A DNA stretch of 64,000 nucleotides from a candidate division WOR-3 bacterium (GTDB taxonomy: Bacteria > Hydrothermota > 32-111): assembly GCA_039804105.1 (NCBI GenBank), contig JBDRZU010000002.1, positions 128,001 to 192,000 on the forward strand, in the 5' to 3' direction. The position numbers were made by a program, and so were the translations under genes. This document shows, piece by piece, positions 63,118 through 64,000 of this stretch. The notes beneath the pieces are model-generated. The model did not search any database. It worked only from the letters and a program-made list of their open reading frames with translations, and was not told where the DNA came from. Every line of letters begins with the position of its first letter. Position 1 is the stretch's first letter.

Positions 63118-64000
63118 TTACCCCCTTTTTTTCGAAGGTTTCTTTATCTCCCAATCAAGAACAATAGGAGCAACTATAAAATCTGAAGAATATGTTCCAA
63201 CCATTATTCCAATGAGTAAAGTAAAAGCAAAATCATTTAAAACTTTTCCTCCAAAAATAAAAAGCATAAAAACAACAAAAAGTGTAGTCAAAGATGTTAT
63301 CAATGTTCTACCAAGTGTTTGATTCAATGATTTGTTCACTATAGTTAAAAAATTATCTTTTCTCATAAGTTTTAAATTTTCTCTTATTCTGTCCGAAACA
63401 ATTATTGAATCGTTGATCGAGTATCCTATCAATGTTAAAAGTGCAGCTATTATTTGGACTGACATCTCTCTTCCAGTTATCGTTAAAAGACCAAGGGTTA
63501 TTGTAACATCATGGAAAAGTGCTATCACCGATGCGACTCCAAATCTGAAAGTAAATCTAATCCACACATAAACCATTATTCCAAGAAGTCCAAGTAAAAC
63601 AACCCATAATGACTTTAACTGTAACTCTTTTGACATTATCGCTCCAACAACTTCCTCCCTATCAACTCTTGGATTTTCCTGTGCAAATTTTTCTTTCAAC
63701 GAGTTTATTATTTTTTCTGTTGGTGAAAGTTCAACTCCTTTACTGGAAACCTTAAAAAGTGTATCCTGCCAATCTGAAACGACTTGAACATTCTTTAAAT
63801 TTGCATTTTTCGAACAAACAAAAATTTGTATCTCTTTTTCAATTCCTTTATTGTTTGTCCTGTCAACACCAAAAGCATAAAGTGTAACCAAAGAATCCTT
63901 CTTTAAATCATCTACGGAAAAGTTTAGAATACCCACTTCTTCTCTTGAATCGTAAATATCCGATGGAGTAAGTTCTTTTATTTCTTTAAAAATATCAGAT
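63118..64000 (-). CDS. secF: Protein translocase subunit SecF (5' end outside the window)
   Basis: VG..M..EL, Y...RF, ALFHDV, IAALLTLIGYSINDSIIVSDRIRE, RTLITS, GTYSS..I; frame open to the window edge. Confidence 0.92.
   Translation of the reverse strand, partial: SDIFKEIKELTPSDIYDSREEVGILNFSVDDLKKDSLVTLYAFGVDRTNNKGIEKEIQIFVCSKNANLKNVQVVSDWQDTLFKVSSKGVELSPTEKIINSLKEKFAQENPRVDREEVVGAIMSKELQLKSLWVVLLGLLGIMVYVWIRFTFRFGVASVIALFHDVTITLGLLTITGREMSVQIIAALLTLIGYSINDSIIVSDRIRENLKLMRKDNFLTIVNKSLNQTLGRTLITSLTTLFVVFMLFIFGGKVLNDFAFTLLIGIMVGTYSSDFIVAPIVLDWEIKKPSKKRG

Overview
AT-rich chromosomal segment from a diderm, probably anaerobic bacterium. It has [FeFe]-hydrogenase maturases, Wzx/Wzy polysaccharide genes and secreted hydrolases with T9SS/FlgD-type C-terminal domains; an FCB-associated candidate lineage such as WOR-3/TA06 is my inference only. 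Most of the window is housekeeping (lpdA partial, gyrB, dciA, nth, hydGFE, guaB, rnr, dinG, pilB, coaE, secF partial, tRNA-Asp) plus three surface-glycan loci (5.3-9.8 kb, 37.2-46.1 kb, 47.6-60.2 kb). The main candidate novel system is an AT-rich, counter-oriented six-gene block (10.0-16.5 kb) that ends 12 bp from the tRNA-Asp 3' end. It holds a single-TRD HsdS, a full-length HsdM homolog with both SAM-binding and catalytic motifs destroyed, no HsdR, and a MoxR AAA+ ATPase / unknown / HExxH-vWA / unknown operon, possibly a decoy/guard-type defence system. Other signals: a possible D-(S/T)-hydrophobic protein O-glycosylation system linked to a Dpm1/flippase/YfhO locus, six apparently leaderless genes, mostly 16-bp promoter spacers, a sigma-54 promoter for the M6 protease, a cNMP-domain gene with no canonical start codon, and a repeat-containing hyd leader. 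All calls are by-eye motif recognition; no database searches were run.
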